A DNA stretch of 32,000 bases from Longivirga aurantiaca (lineage in GTDB: Bacteria; Actinomycetota; Actinomycetes; S36-B12; CAIYMF01): NCBI RefSeq assembly GCF_042660085.1, contig NZ_JBHSTI010000008.1, forward strand, positions 1,449,876 to 1,481,875, read 5' to 3'. Made by a program: the position numbers and the translations under genes. This document shows positions 1 through 6,831 of this stretch, one piece after another. The stretch's first letter is position 1. Each line of letters starts with the position of its first letter. The notes beneath the pieces were generated by a model. It searched no databases and was not told where the DNA came from. It saw only the letters and a program-made list of their open reading frames with translations.

Positions 1-1137
1 GCGTCCAAGCTGAAGAGCATGGGCTACGCGCCCATGAAGATCAGCCAGGTCGACGGCGGCGGTCTCAAGAAGGAGATCTCGCTGCCGCGGCTGGGCAGCA
101 AGGTCAAGCTCAAGGAGATCGCGATCTTCTCGCGCCAGTTCGCGACGATGATCAACTCCGGGCTCTCCATGCTGCGCGCGCTCTCGATCCTCGAGGAGCA
201 GCAGCCCAACAAGGTGTTCGCCCAGGTGATCGGGGAGATCCGGTCCGAGGTCGAGAGCGGCTCGGCGCTGTCGACGTCCATGTCGAAGCACCCGGACGTC
301 TTCGCGCCGCTCATGATCAACATGATCAAGGCCGGCGAGGTCGGCGGCTTCCTCGACAGCGTGCTGAACCAGCTCGCCGAGAACTACGAGGCCGAGGTCA
401 AGCTCCGCGGCAAGGTGAAGTCGGCCATGACCTACCCGGTCGCCGTGCTCGTCATGGCGATCCTGCTCACGGTCGGCATGCTGCTGTTCGTGGTCCCGAC
501 GTTCGCGAAGCTGTTCTCGGACCTCGGTGGCGAGCTGCCGGCGCCCACCCAGATGCTCGTGAGCCTGTCGAACTTCCTCAAGGTCGGGATCGTCCCGATC
601 GTGATCCTGTCGGTCATCGGCTTCGTGGTCTGGGTGCGGGTGAAGAACACGGACCGCGTGCGCGAGTTCATCGACCCGCTCAAGCTCAAGATGCCGGTCT
701 TCGGCGGCCTGTTCCAGAAGATCGCGCTCGCGCGCTTCTGCCGCAACCTCGGCACGATGCTGCACTCCGGCGTCCCGATCCTGCAGTCGCTGGACATCGT
801 GGCCGACACCTCGGGCAACAAGGTCATCACCCACGCCGTCCACGACATCGAGGAGAGCGTGCGTCGCGGTGAGAGCCTCACCCAGCCGCTGTCGACCCAT
901 GCGGTCTTCCCGGCCATGGTGGTGCAGATGCTGGCGGTCGGCGAGGACACGGGCGCCCTCGACTCCATGCTCGCCAAGATCGCGGACTTCTACGACGCCG
1001 AGGTCGAGGCGACCACCGAGCAGATGACGGCGCTCATCGAGCCGCTCATGATCGCCGTGCTCGGCGGGATCGTGGGGTCGATGATCATCGCCCTGTACAT
1101 GCCGATCTTCAAGATCTTCGACCTCATCGGCGGCTAG
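1..1137 (+). CDS. pilC: Type IV pilus assembly platform protein PilC (GspF/T2SS-F family), 5' end outside the window
   Basis: The reading frame is open from base 1 (ASKLKS precedes the listed Met at 19). It has two GspF-type repeats (FSRQFATMINSGLSMLRALSIL... and FCRNLGTMLHSGVPILQSLDIV...) and three hydrophobic TM segments. It sits immediately upstream of the pilin genes. Confidence 0.9.
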   Translation, partial: ASKLKSMGYAPMKISQVDGGGLKKEISLPRLGSKVKLKEIAIFSRQFATMINSGLSMLRALSILEEQQPNKVFAQVIGEIRSEVESGSALSTSMSKHPDVFAPLMINMIKAGEVGGFLDSVLNQLAENYEAEVKLRGKVKSAMTYPVAVLVMAILLTVGMLLFVVPTFAKLFSDLGGELPAPTQMLVSLSNFLKVGIVPIVILSVIGFVVWVRVKNTDRVREFIDPLKLKMPVFGGLFQKIALARFCRNLGTMLHSGVPILQSLDIVADTSGNKVITHAVHDIEESVRRGESLTQPLSTHAVFPAMVVQMLAVGEDTGALDSMLAKIADFYDAEVEATTEQMTALIEPLMIAVLGGIVGSMIIALYMPIFKIFDLIGG

Positions 1138-1160
1138 CCGACGCACTCGTCCCATGGCGG

Positions 1161-1192
1161 CGGCCGCGCTCCCCTCGCAGGGGGCGCGGCCG
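1161..1192 (+). terminator. Imperfect GC-rich hairpin after pilC
   Basis: cggccgcgctcccct / agggggcgcggccg form a stem with one bulged base, 24 nt after the pilC stop. No U-tract follows. Confidence 0.35.
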
Positions 1193-1381
1193 TCGCCGTT
1201 CGCCGGCCGCTCGTCCCGGCCGAGAGGCGGCGCTTATCGGAACGGCGGCGTTCCCCTGGATCCGCCGATCGGGTGATTCCTCAGATCTCCCTCTCGATCC
1301 CTAAGGACCGGGCTCGGCGCGGACCGAGAAACCTCCTGTCGGGCAACGGGACCTCCCGGGCCCCCGAGGGAAGGAATCATC

Positions 1382-1795
1382 GTGCTCTCTCGCATGCGTA
1401 AGCAGGACGCCGACCAGGGCTTCACCCTGATCGAGCTGCTCGTCGTCATGATCATCATCGGCATCCTCGCGGCCATCGCCATCCCCACGTTCCTCAACCA
1501 GCGGAACAACGGCTACCGCACCGCCATCAAGTCCGACCTGAAGAACGCGGCGATCGCGGCCGAGTCCTTCGCCACCGACAACGGCGGCGACTACTCCGGC
1601 CTCACCGACGCCACTCTGGCCGACGCACGCGGCACCGGCGTCACCGCCGAGGTCACCGTCGCCGTCGCCTGGGCGACCGGCACCGCGTACTGCGTCGAGG
1701 GGGTGCACTCGGCCCTCACCACCGCGCCGACGCAGTTCTTCTACAGCAGCCTCGAAGGAGCCCCGCTCGAGGGCGCCTGCCCGGCCGCTCCGTGA
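1382..1795 (+). CDS. pilA: Type IV major pilin paralogue 1 (prepilin with class III signal peptide)
   Basis: N-terminus MLSRMRKQDADQG|FTLIELLVVMIIIGILAAIAIPTFLNQ has a Gly at -1, Glu at +5 and a hydrophobic alpha1-N helix. An RBS gggaagga lies about 6 nt upstream of the GTG start. Two C-terminal Cys residues (YCVEG...GACP) are consistent with a disulfide-bonded D-region. Confidence 0.9.
   Translation: MLSRMRKQDADQGFTLIELLVVMIIIGILAAIAIPTFLNQRNNGYRTAIKSDLKNAAIAAESFATDNGGDYSGLTDATLADARGTGVTAEVTVAVAWATGTAYCVEGVHSALTTAPTQFFYSSLEGAPLEGACPAAP
1412..1503 (+). repeat. Conserved pilin 5' segment, copy 1 of 3
   Basis: This 92-nt block starts at gaccagggcttcac. By hand alignment it has 5 differences from copy 2. 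A 26-nt run, gtcgtcatgatcatcatcggcatcct, is identical in all three copies. Confidence 0.85.
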
Positions 1796-1822
1796 TCGGC
1801 TGACACGCAGGACGAGCTCACG

Positions 1823-1833
1823 GGTTGATGACA
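1823..1833. repeat. Left arm of an 11-bp inverted repeat (ggttgatgaca)
   Basis: It is the exact reverse complement of 1972-1982 (tgtcatcaacc). It is relatively AT-rich for this window. Confidence 0.7.
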
Positions 1834-1847
1834 CCCACGAGACACCC

Positions 1848-1880
1848 GGAAGGGGCCAGGCGGAGCGCCTGGCCCCTTCC
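1848..1880 (+). terminator. Perfect 13-bp hairpin after pilin 1
   Basis: ggaaggggccagg - cggagcg - cctggccccttcc, located 53 nt after the stop codon. Confidence 0.7.
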
Positions 1881-1971
1881 GCACGTCCGAGACCTTGCGC
1901 CGTCCGGGGGATGGCCGAAAATTCTCCTCTCGCGAGGCTCAAGGTCCCCCCGGGCAGGTCGATCACTTCTT

Positions 1972-1982
1972 TGTCATCAACC
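1972..1982. repeat. Right arm of the 11-bp inverted repeat (tgtcatcaacc)
   Basis: Exact reverse complement of 1823-1833. Confidence 0.7.
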
Positions 1983-2129
1983 ATGACCGCTCCGGCCAGA
2001 ACGGGCACACCCACCGCGAGGTGGGGTCGCAAAGCCAGGGAGCTCCTCGAGGGGGAGGAGCCGGCCCAGCTGCCTCGGCCAGAGGACGTCCAGCCGGGCG
2101 GTCGGCTACTCCTGAAGGGGAGAACCATC

Positions 2130-2528
2130 ATGATCGCTCGTCTGCGCAAGTCCGTCGAGGACAAGGACCAGGGCTTCACCCTGATCGAGCTCCTCGTCGT
2201 CATGATCATCATCGGCATCCTTGCTGCGATCGCCATCCCGACGTTCCTCAACCAGCGCGCGAACGGCTGGCGTGCGGCCACCACCAGCGACCTGAAGAAC
2301 TCGGCCATCAACATCGAGTCGTACGCGACCGACAACGGCGGCTCCTACGCCGGCGCCACCACCGCCGACCTGGGCGCCCTCAGCGCCGACGTCACCGTCA
2401 CCGTGATCTCGAACGCGACCGGCTACTGCCTGTCCGGCGTGAACGTCAACCTGCCGACCGAGACCAAGTACTACGACTCGGCCGTGGGTGTCCCGAACGA
2501 CGTGGACTGCACCGGCACGTACGTCTGA
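2130..2528 (+). CDS. pilA: Type IV major pilin paralogue 2
   Basis: MIARLRKSVEDKDQG|FTLIELLVVMIIIGILAAIAIPTFLNQ. The ATG at 2130 is preceded by gaagggga. The longer ORF from 1911 would add 73 non-pilin residues ahead of the leader, so I discount it. C-terminal Cys pair: YCLSG...DVDCTG. Confidence 0.9.
   Translation: MIARLRKSVEDKDQGFTLIELLVVMIIIGILAAIAIPTFLNQRANGWRAATTSDLKNSAINIESYATDNGGSYAGATTADLGALSADVTVTVISNATGYCLSGVNVNLPTETKYYDSAVGVPNDVDCTGTYV
2166..2257 (+). repeat. Conserved pilin 5' segment, copy 2 of 3
   Basis: By hand alignment over 92 nt it has 5 differences from copy 1 and 7 from copy 3. Confidence 0.85.
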
Positions 2529-2564
2529 TCGGACACGGGAGCTCCTCCCGACCGAACACCTCGG

Positions 2565-2598
2565 CGTGGGGGGTGGGGCCTTCGCCCCGCCCCCCACG
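2565..2598 (+). terminator. 15-bp hairpin after pilin 2
   Basis: cgtggggggtggggc - cttc - gccccgccccccacg, with one G-U pair, 37 nt after the stop. Confidence 0.65.
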
Positions 2599-2679
2599 TC
2601 GGTCGTGGCCTCGGCCGGGAGACCCGAACCGGGCTCCCGGCCGAGGCCTCTTTCTAGGCCTCTCCCACCGGGAGCAACC

Positions 2680-3087
2680 ATGCTCGATCGGACGACGCGC
2701 ACGGAAGGGACGGCGGACCAGGGCTTCACGCTCATCGAGCTCCTGGTCGTCATGATCATCATCGGCATCCTTGCTGCTATCGCCATCCCGACGTACCTGA
2801 GCCAGCGCGACAACGCCTACAAGGCGGCGCTGAAGAACGACCTGAAGAACGCCGCGACGGCCGCCGAGACCTGGGCCGTGCACAACTCGGGCAGCTATCT
2901 GGGGCTCGAGGACACCACCCTCGCGGGGGAGCGCGGTCAGGGGATCAGCCAGGCGATCGAGGTGACCGTCAACGCGGCCATCGTGACCGCGACGACGTAC
3001 TGCATCGAGGGCGTGCACGACTCGCTCCCGGGGCAGACCTGGCACTACTCCAACCTCGTCGGGGTCCCGTCACCGGGCACCTGCTAG
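2680..3087 (+). CDS. pilA: Type IV major pilin paralogue 3
   Basis: MLDRTTRTEGTADQG|FTLIELLVVMIIIGILAAIAIPTYLSQ. The ATG at 2680 is preceded by gggagc. C-terminal Cys pair: YCIEG...PGTC. Confidence 0.9.
   Translation: MLDRTTRTEGTADQGFTLIELLVVMIIIGILAAIAIPTYLSQRDNAYKAALKNDLKNAATAAETWAVHNSGSYLGLEDTTLAGERGQGISQAIEVTVNAAIVTATTYCIEGVHDSLPGQTWHYSNLVGVPSPGTC
2716..2807 (+). repeat. Conserved pilin 5' segment, copy 3 of 3
   Basis: Same 92-nt block as copies 1 and 2, with 7 differences from copy 2. Confidence 0.85.
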
Positions 3088-3094
3088 CAGATCG

Positions 3095-3130
3095 GGAAGG
3101 GGAGGAGCGGCCCGCCGCTCCTCCCCTTCC
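3095..3130 (+). terminator. Perfect 16-bp hairpin after pilin 3
   Basis: ggaaggggaggagcgg - cccg - ccgctcctccccttcc, 8 nt after the stop. The outer stem and 3' flank (ccccttccgcacgtccg) are shared with the hairpin at 1848-1880. Confidence 0.7.
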
Positions 3131-3209
3131 GCACGTCCGCGGCCCGTCCTGGGCCGGTCGGGTGACCCCCCGGCTCAAGGCAGGCTCTCCGGTGGCCGAT
3201 GGAGCGCGT

Positions 3210-4787
3210 ATGAGCATCTTCAGGCGTGGCCGCACGCGCGGTGACGACGGTGTCACCCTGGTCGAGATCATGGTCGCGCTGACGATCGCGTCTGGGGTCT
3301 TCCTCGCTCTGGGTCTGGCGGCCATCGCCGGGGTCAAGGGCACCCTGGCCGCCCGGCAGAACCAGCTCGCCGGCGACATGATGAACCAGGCGATCGAGCG
3401 AGCCCGCGCCCTCGACTTCGCGGACGTGGCCATGGTGACCGGCGACCCGACGCTCGCCGGGGACCCTCGCATCGACAGCGACACCTTCGACCCCGGCACC
3501 GGGGTCGCCGAGGACCTCGTCTTCGCCAGCGTCGGGACGCTCAACCCGCACGTGACGACGGAGACGCACAACAGCACCACCTACACCATCTGGCGCTATG
3601 TGACGCAGCCGGCCGGCATCAGCTCGGGCACCCGTCGCCTCACCGTCGTCGTGACCTGGGAGGTCGGCGACGAGACCAAGGTCCGCTCGACCTCGACGTT
3701 CGTGACGGCGACGCGGCGCGGCCTTCCCCTTCCCCGCTTCCTGCTGCAGTACTCGTCGCCCTCGGTGCAGACCAAGGGCACCGGCACCGTGGTGACGTAC
3801 GGGCTGAGGCTCAAGAACTACGGCGCCCGCGACGCCTGGAACATCACCGGCCCGTCAGGCACGTGGAGCTATGTCGTCGACTCGGACAAGGACGGCGTGC
3901 TGGACGCGACCGAGGTCACCAGCCTCACCGACACCAGCGCCGACGGCACGCTCGACACCGGCAACGTCGAGGTCAACGGCGAGGTCTGGGTCCTGGCATC
4001 CCGCACCGTCACCGGCAGCCCCGGCGACACCACGGCAGTGGCCTTCACCTTCAAGTCCGTGGCCCAGCCGCTGGCGGCCACGGCGTCGCAGACCCTGTCC
4101 GGCAGCTACAGCATCTCGGGCACGCCGTCGGCCACCCCGACGCCGACGCCCACCAGCTCGAGCCCCACCGCCACGCCCACGGGCGACCCGCAGACGCCGT
4201 TCCCGCTGCCCGTGCCGTCGTGCGCGGCCGCCTGCACTCTGACGACCGAGTACCTTCACGAGCTCCCGCTCGGCAGTCACACGCTCGCCCTGAGCAACCC
4301 CGCATTCGACACCAACGCCACCCTCCAGTCCGCAGCGAACAACTACTCGACCGACAAGACCGGCACGGCCGGCCGGTGGCTCGAGCGCGGCGGGGTACTG
4401 GCGACCGAGACCAACAAGTCGAGGGTGTTCGACGTACGCAAGCAGGTGCCGGTGGCGACGACCTTCCGGGCCGGCCAGGCGGTGCTCTACCTGAACGTCG
4501 CCTGCCTCACAGCAGGCAGCCCGCTGACGGTCAACGTCGCCTTCGGCCAGTCGATCAACACGAGCCTCGGCACCTTCACCTCGCGCGGAACCGGCAGCGC
4601 CACCCTGACGCTGTGCGACGGAACCTTCCGCGAGGTTGCCATCGGCGTCCCGGTAGGCGCCGACTTCTCGGTGGCCAAGAACAAGTACGCGGTCATCCGC
4701 GTGGTGATCCCCTCGACCTCCGCGGGCGACGTCCGCATCGGCTACGACTGGGCGGGCGCCCAGTCTCGGATGGTGATCCCGGAATGA
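3210..4787 (+). CDS. Large modular minor pilin or pseudopilin (about 525 aa): prepilin N-terminus, beta-rich middle region, Pro/Thr linker, C-terminal beta-rich domain
   Basis: MSIFRRGRTRGDDG|VTLVEIMVALTIASGVFLAL has Gly at -1 and Glu at +5. A DSDKDGVLD acidic motif lies in the middle region. The linker is SGTPSATPTPTPTSSSPTATPTGDPQTP. The stop overlaps the next start (ATGA at 4784-4787). The start is chosen at ATG 3210; the ORF is open from 3162. Confidence 0.75.
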   Translation: MSIFRRGRTRGDDGVTLVEIMVALTIASGVFLALGLAAIAGVKGTLAARQNQLAGDMMNQAIERARALDFADVAMVTGDPTLAGDPRIDSDTFDPGTGVAEDLVFASVGTLNPHVTTETHNSTTYTIWRYVTQPAGISSGTRRLTVVVTWEVGDETKVRSTSTFVTATRRGLPLPRFLLQYSSPSVQTKGTGTVVTYGLRLKNYGARDAWNITGPSGTWSYVVDSDKDGVLDATEVTSLTDTSADGTLDTGNVEVNGEVWVLASRTVTGSPGDTTAVAFTFKSVAQPLAATASQTLSGSYSISGTPSATPTPTPTSSSPTATPTGDPQTPFPLPVPSCAAACTLTTEYLHELPLGSHTLALSNPAFDTNATLQSAANNYSTDKTGTAGRWLERGGVLATETNKSRVFDVRKQVPVATTFRAGQAVLYLNVACLTAGSPLTVNVAFGQSINTSLGTFTSRGTGSATLTLCDGTFREVAIGVPVGADFSVAKNKYAVIRVVIPSTSAGDVRIGYDWAGAQSRMVIPE

Positions 4788-5359
4788 GCGCGAACCGCAG
4801 CCTGAAGGCAGTGCGCGACCGGCTCGCGGGCCGACCCGCGGAGGAGGGCGTGACCCTGGTCGAGCTCCTCGTGACCATGGTGCTGCTCAGCATCGTGCTG
4901 GCGATCGCGGCCGCCGCCTTCCAGGCCACGGCGAAGGTCTACACCGCGACCGACGACGACGCGACCGGCCTCGCTGATGCGCGCAAGGTGGCCGAGCGCA
5001 TGGGTCGCGACATCCGCAACGCGCGAGGTGTGGATGCCGGCGCGACGACGAGCCAGCTGGTCGTCTGGATCGATGCCAACTCCGACTACAAGCGCCAGAC
5101 CAACGAGAGCATCACGTGGAAGCTCGAGCCCTCGGGTGACGGCCTGCACTACGACGTGATCCGCAAGGTCGGCTCGGCCACCCAGGTGATCGAGGCGCGC
5201 AGCCTCGTGAGCCAGATCGCCTTCACCTACGACCTGACCCCGCCGAACACACAGGTGGTGCAGACCCTCGTGACCTACGACTCGATCGTGGGCCGGGGCG
5301 CCAGCGCCCGCACGCTCTACTTCGCCGAGCGCCTCCGCAATGTCGACGAGCAGTACTAG
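4784..5359 (+). CDS. Minor pilin or pseudopilin (PilW/PulJ-like size, 191 aa)
   Basis: MSANRSLKAVRDRLAGRPAEEG|VTLVELLVTMVLLSIVLAIAAAAF has Gly at -1 and Glu at +5. The start is translationally coupled to the preceding gene. Confidence 0.75.
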   Translation: MSANRSLKAVRDRLAGRPAEEGVTLVELLVTMVLLSIVLAIAAAAFQATAKVYTATDDDATGLADARKVAERMGRDIRNARGVDAGATTSQLVVWIDANSDYKRQTNESITWKLEPSGDGLHYDVIRKVGSATQVIEARSLVSQIAFTYDLTPPNTQVVQTLVTYDSIVGRGASARTLYFAERLRNVDEQY

Positions 5360-5375
5360 GGGAGTGACCGTAGCC

Positions 5376-6746
5376 ATGTGGACCACGCGTCTCCGGCAGA
5401 TCCAGCAGGAGCCCGACTCGGGCCTTGCCCTGGTCGTCGTCCTGCTCGTGATGGGTCTCATGACCCTGCTCGTCGTCGCGATCACCACGCTGACGATCGG
5501 GAGCCTGCGGTCGAGCACCGACCACGACAAGTTCGAGGGAGCCGTCGCCGCGGCCGAGACCGGCGTCGACCGCCAGCTCGCCGAGCTGCAGAAGGACCAG
5601 AGCTACTCCTACGGCCCGGCGATGGGTGCAGCCGACCTCACGACCGACGCCGAGCGGGTCTGGGCCCTCGAGACCATCAAGACCATGGTCGACGACGGCG
5701 CCGCCTACGAGAGCACGGGCACCGGTGAGTACTTCGCGATCAAGCCGGCGGACTACAACGTCATCTACTCCCTCGGCTGCGACCCGAACTGCACCGACTC
5801 CAGTGCGAAGAAGCGGTTCCTCAAGGTCGAGTACCTGTTCGCGCCCTACAAGCCGGGCAACGCGATCCTCACGTCGGGCAACCTGAGCTTCTCGTCCTCC
5901 GTCACGGTGGATGTCAGCCTCGCGGCCTCCGGCGGCACCGCCAACGTCCACACGAACGGGGACGCCGACGGCACGGGATGCTCGCAGACGGTGAACGGCA
6001 CGGTCACCGCAAGCGGCGACTACTCGGTGTGCGGAAGCGTCGGGATGACCGGTTCTGGCGGCGACCAGCCGCTCGAGAGCGTGCCTGAGGTCAAGGCGCG
6101 GTTCCTCTACAACACGTTCGCGTCGCAGTACGCCACGGGCTGGTACGACCTGTGCCCCGACGGCGAGGTGAAGTCGCCGTCCACCACCCCGTGCGACGGA
6201 ACCACCTTGGCCGATCTCGACAGCGGAGGCACGTACCGAGGCTGGAGCTACGCGGACGGCAGCGGCACGACGCCGCCGGTGTGGTCGATGACCTCGACCG
6301 CGTGGGGCGACGGCATCTACTACGTCTACCAGGGCGACGCGTTCATCAGCCGGAACACCGTCGTGAACTCGGCGACGGTGATCGCGGAGTCCAAGCCGAG
6401 CGGCGGCCCCGCAGCAACCTGCGGCAAGCTCGGGGGCGGCATCACCGCGAAGCTGGTCACGATCTCGAACGCCGCGCTGCCGGGCACGGTCCTCGTGGCC
6501 GACACGGACCTGGTCATGACCTCGAACTTCGAGGCGGGCATCGGAGTCTTCGGGGCCGGCGACCAGATCCAGGTCGAGACCTCCAGCAACGGAATCACCG
6601 GCACCATCATCGCGAACGACTCCTGCACCGACGGTGGCGACATCAACGAGGTCAAGAACGCGGTGATCAAGTACGACCGGAACGTCGAGGTGCCGCTGCT
6701 CGACATCATCCGCACCACCCAGTGGCTCGAGCTCAAGGCGAAGTGA
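5376..6746 (+). CDS. PilX/GspK-like large minor pilin (about 456 aa) lacking Glu+5
   Basis: MWTTRLRQIQQEPDSG|LALVVVLLVMGLMTLLVVAITTL has a hydrophobic N-terminal segment after a Gly, with Val rather than Glu at +5. An RBS aggggag lies about 11 nt upstream of ATG 5376. The extracellular part is Cys-, Gly-, Thr- and Ser-rich. Confidence 0.65.
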   Translation: MWTTRLRQIQQEPDSGLALVVVLLVMGLMTLLVVAITTLTIGSLRSSTDHDKFEGAVAAAETGVDRQLAELQKDQSYSYGPAMGAADLTTDAERVWALETIKTMVDDGAAYESTGTGEYFAIKPADYNVIYSLGCDPNCTDSSAKKRFLKVEYLFAPYKPGNAILTSGNLSFSSSVTVDVSLAASGGTANVHTNGDADGTGCSQTVNGTVTASGDYSVCGSVGMTGSGGDQPLESVPEVKARFLYNTFASQYATGWYDLCPDGEVKSPSTTPCDGTTLADLDSGGTYRGWSYADGSGTTPPVWSMTSTAWGDGIYYVYQGDAFISRNTVVNSATVIAESKPSGGPAATCGKLGGGITAKLVTISNAALPGTVLVADTDLVMTSNFEAGIGVFGAGDQIQVETSSNGITGTIIANDSCTDGGDINEVKNAVIKYDRNVEVPLLDIIRTTQWLELKAK

Positions 6747-6758
6747 CACCGCGCACGA

Positions 6759-6800
6759 CGTCGATGACGCCCCGGGGACGCTCCCGGGGCGTCATCGACG
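6759..6800 (+). terminator. Perfect 18-bp stem, 6-nt loop hairpin between the minor-pilin block and pilD
   Basis: cgtcgatgacgccccggg - gacgct - cccggggcgtcatcgacg, 13 nt after the stop at 6746 and 32 nt before the pilD start. Confidence 0.6.
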
Positions 6801-6831
6801 CACTGGGCGGCGGCCGGGCTAGGGTCGCGCC

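Noticed and set aside
1138-1381. A sigma-54 type (GG-N10-GC) promoter upstream of pilin 1, as found for pilA in proteobacteria.
   Set aside because: I could not identify a convincing -24/-12 element, and sigma-54 is not expected in high-GC Gram-positive lineages. No promoter call is made.
1911-2129. In-frame N-terminal extensions of pilin 2 (from 1911) and pilin 3 (from 2488) suggested by the ORF track.
   Set aside because: They would place 64-73 non-hydrophobic residues ahead of the class III leader. The internal ATGs at 2130 and 2680 have RBS-like purine tracts and give leaders matching pilin 1. The extensions also run through the upstream terminator hairpins.
4125-4195. Repetitive acg/ccg/ccc DNA that looks like a tandem repeat.
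   Set aside because: It is the coding sequence of the Pro/Thr linker of the modular pilin. It is low-complexity rather than a defined repeat unit, and it is not CRISPR-like (no spacers, no regular periodicity).
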